Source: an uncultured Polyangiaceae bacterium (lineage in GTDB: Bacteria; Myxococcota_A; Polyangia; Polyangiales; Polyangiaceae). Taken from it: DNA of 18,856 nt. The stretch covers positions 1 to 18,856 of the forward strand of contig CAYTYV010000070.1 in the NCBI GenBank assembly GCA_964441055.1. The letters run 5' to 3'. Of the stretch, positions 17,079 to 18,856 are shown in pieces. The translations under genes and the position numbers were made by a program. The notes below the pieces were generated by a model, which was not told the origin of the DNA, did no database searches, and worked only from the letters and a program-made list of their open reading frames with translations. How positions within the stretch are numbered: position 1 is the stretch's first letter; every line of letters starts with the position of its first letter.

Positions 17079-18695
17079 CTACGGCGCCGCCCAGAAGTCG
17101 CACGCGTCCGCGCGCAGCCCTGAGCCGCTGGAGATGGACAGACCGAGCTCGAGGTGCTGGTCGGAGGCTTGCTGGTAGCCGGGCCAGTCCACTTCCCCGT
17201 CGCCGTTCGGGTCGCCCGAGGCGGCAAAGCGCGTCCAATAGCCCATGATGGCTTCCGAGAGCGGCTCGTCCTCGGCCGCGAGCTCCACGCCGAACACGGG
17301 GGTGCCGAACACAAAGGGAAGCTCGGCCGAGTGGAAGGCGCCGAGGTCGGCGTACAGCGGGAAGTCGCCCTCGCGGACGAAGTGATAGAGGTAGGCGCTC
17401 GGTCCCTGCACCGAGACGGCGCGGGCCACCGCGCGCGCTGGGCAGTTGAACATGGCCTCGCCGAGCACCGCGGCGAGCGCGGCGGCCGGGCTGTCGTAGT
17501 CGCTGGCCGGGTAGGCCGCGAGGATGTCGTCGGCCTGCTTGAAGAACATGATGGCGATCTCGGCGATGATCTCCGCGTACTGCGCCTCGTCGATGTCCCC
17601 GAGCTCCGCCAGGGCGATGAACAGCGTGCCCTCGTCCCGGTTGGAGCCGAGCAGCAGCGGGACCGGGTCGAAGTCGCCAGAGCCGAGCGCGACCGCAGGA
17701 AAGTCGGGCAGGACCACGCCGTCGACGTTGGGGCCCCAGCTCATGCCTTGGCCGAAGAACAGGCCGCTCCTGGGCGGAACGGCCAAGAGCAGCTCCTCCG
17801 CGGTCTTGGCGCGCAGGCACGCGGGTACGGTCTCGGGCTCGTCGCAGCCCGCGGCGGCGGCGAAATCGGTGCCCAGCGCCTCGGCGTACACGCTCGGCTG
17901 GACGGAGCAGGGTCCGCTCTGCATGAGCGCGCGGTGAAACAGGCCGCTCGAGCCGGGCGAGGTTAGATGCGCGCAGATGCTGAGCCCTCCGGCCGACTCG
18001 CCGAACAGCGTGACGGCGTCCGGATCGCCGCCAAAGGCCGCGATGTTGTCCTGCACCCACTCGAGGGCGAAGCGCTGGTCCTCGATGCCGTAGTTGCCCG
18101 AGGTCGGGTAGCCCGGGTCCTCGGCGGCCAGGGCGGCATGGGCCAGAAAGCCAAAGGCGGCCAGCCGGTAGTTGACCGTGACCAGCACCACGTCTCCGGC
18201 TGGCACCAGGTGCTCCCCTGCAAAGGCGCCGCTCTGGTGCCCGCTGCCCGTCTCGAAGCCGCCGCCGTGCAGCCACACCATCACGGGCAGGGGCTCGGTC
18301 GGCGCGGGCTCGGGGGTCCACACGTTGAGGGTGAGGCAGTCCTCGGAGGAGTCGGATGCGGGCTCACCAGAGAAGAAGCCGAGCTGCGCGCAGTCGGGGC
18401 CTGGGCTGGTGGCATCCCGCGCCTCGGTCCAGGCGGCGACCGGCTCGGGTGGCTTGAAGCGAAGCTCGCCCACGGGCGGCGCGGCATAGGGGATGCCCAA
18501 AAAGGCGCGCGTCTGTCCCTCGACCGCGCCGAGGACCGGACCGCTTTCCGTCTCGACGAGAAGACCGTCCGCTCCGCCGCCCGAGCCGCCCGCACCCCCA
18601 GCGGGAAGGCCATCTTGGTCCTCGTCGTTCGAGTCGGAGCAGGCTGCCGCGGCGAGCAGGCAGCCGACCAGCGCGATGCGCAGCCAGGGAGCCAT
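17079..18695 (-). CDS. Type-B carboxylesterase/lipase family lipoprotein (para-nitrobenzyl-esterase-like)
   Basis: The lipoprotein signal is MAPWLRIALVGC. A Gly-rich tether (GGAGGSGGGADG) follows. The COesterase hallmarks are present: FLGIPYAAPPVGELRF, EDCLTLNVWTP, VMVWLHGGGF and the nucleophile elbow GESAGG. Confidence 0.9.
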   Translation of the reverse strand: MAPWLRIALVGCLLAAAACSDSNDEDQDGLPAGGAGGSGGGADGLLVETESGPVLGAVEGQTRAFLGIPYAAPPVGELRFKPPEPVAAWTEARDATSPGPDCAQLGFFSGEPASDSSEDCLTLNVWTPEPAPTEPLPVMVWLHGGGFETGSGHQSGAFAGEHLVPAGDVVLVTVNYRLAAFGFLAHAALAAEDPGYPTSGNYGIEDQRFALEWVQDNIAAFGGDPDAVTLFGESAGGLSICAHLTSPGSSGLFHRALMQSGPCSVQPSVYAEALGTDFAAAAGCDEPETVPACLRAKTAEELLLAVPPRSGLFFGQGMSWGPNVDGVVLPDFPAVALGSGDFDPVPLLLGSNRDEGTLFIALAELGDIDEAQYAEIIAEIAIMFFKQADDILAAYPASDYDSPAAALAAVLGEAMFNCPARAVARAVSVQGPSAYLYHFVREGDFPLYADLGAFHSAELPFVFGTPVFGVELAAEDEPLSEAIMGYWTRFAASGDPNGDGEVDWPGYQQASDQHLELGLSISSGSGLRADACDFWAAP

Positions 18696-18856
18696 CCTCT
18701 ATTCGTACAACGGCCACGCGGGGGAAGCGACCGGATGCGTCACGGTCTGGCGCGGCTGGCAGCGCAGCGCGTCGGCTATCTTGCTGGGCTCGCGGCGGGC
18801 TGCGTCGACTTCCGCAGGTTGGCGGGGTAGGGTGCGCGCGCCATGGCTGAGGATCC

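Noticed and set aside
18843-18856. ATG GCT GAG GAT CC at the extreme 3' end, a possible start of a plus-strand gene
   Set aside because: Only four codons are visible, so it cannot be supported. The window ends exactly in a GGATCC (BamHI) site and begins with CGAT (a ClaI-compatible end). That suggests the record is a cloned restriction fragment, not a biological boundary. An internal GGATCC also occurs near 14501.

Overview
This is a high-GC (~70%) bacterial chromosomal window whose codon usage is strongly biased to G/C in the third codon position. The gene content points to a myxobacterium-like (Myxococcota) genome, but that is an inference: it rests on the many lipoproteins that have Gly-rich tethers, on the eukaryotic-like Ser/Thr kinase and on the Ycf48-like propeller. 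I can support 17 protein-coding genes. In window order they are:
- the 3' end of an NfeD-like gene, translationally coupled to a stomatin-like SPFH gene;
- a minus-strand pair of an HD-domain hydrolase and an alpha/beta-hydrolase lipoprotein;
- mutS2, whose product carries a MutS ATPase domain and a C-terminal Smr domain;
- a metzincin-type zinc metalloprotease lipoprotein that lies divergent from a small Cys-containing lipoprotein;
- a four-gene minus-strand cluster of a membrane-anchored Ser/Thr kinase, acyl-CoA thioesterase II (tesB), a small SEC-C-motif protein and a 100-aa hypothetical protein;
- a plus-strand pair of a PDS/HpnE-like FAD oxidoreductase and an acetoacetate-decarboxylase-fold (ADC-like) protein;
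- a hypothetical protein with a disordered acidic tail;
- a Ycf48-like beta-propeller lipoprotein that lies divergent from a DAGK-catalytic-family lipid kinase;
- a type-B carboxylesterase lipoprotein.
I see no rRNA, tRNA, CRISPR array, transposase or integrase. Long ORFs antisense to these genes are compositional artefacts of the high GC content. I cannot name an established defence or secretion system here. The candidates most worth follow-up are the kinase-tesB-SEC-C-DUF cluster, the flavoprotein plus ADC-like pair, and the metalloprotease with its small divergent lipoprotein and the palindromic sites they share. All family assignments come from reading the translated proteins by eye, without database searches.
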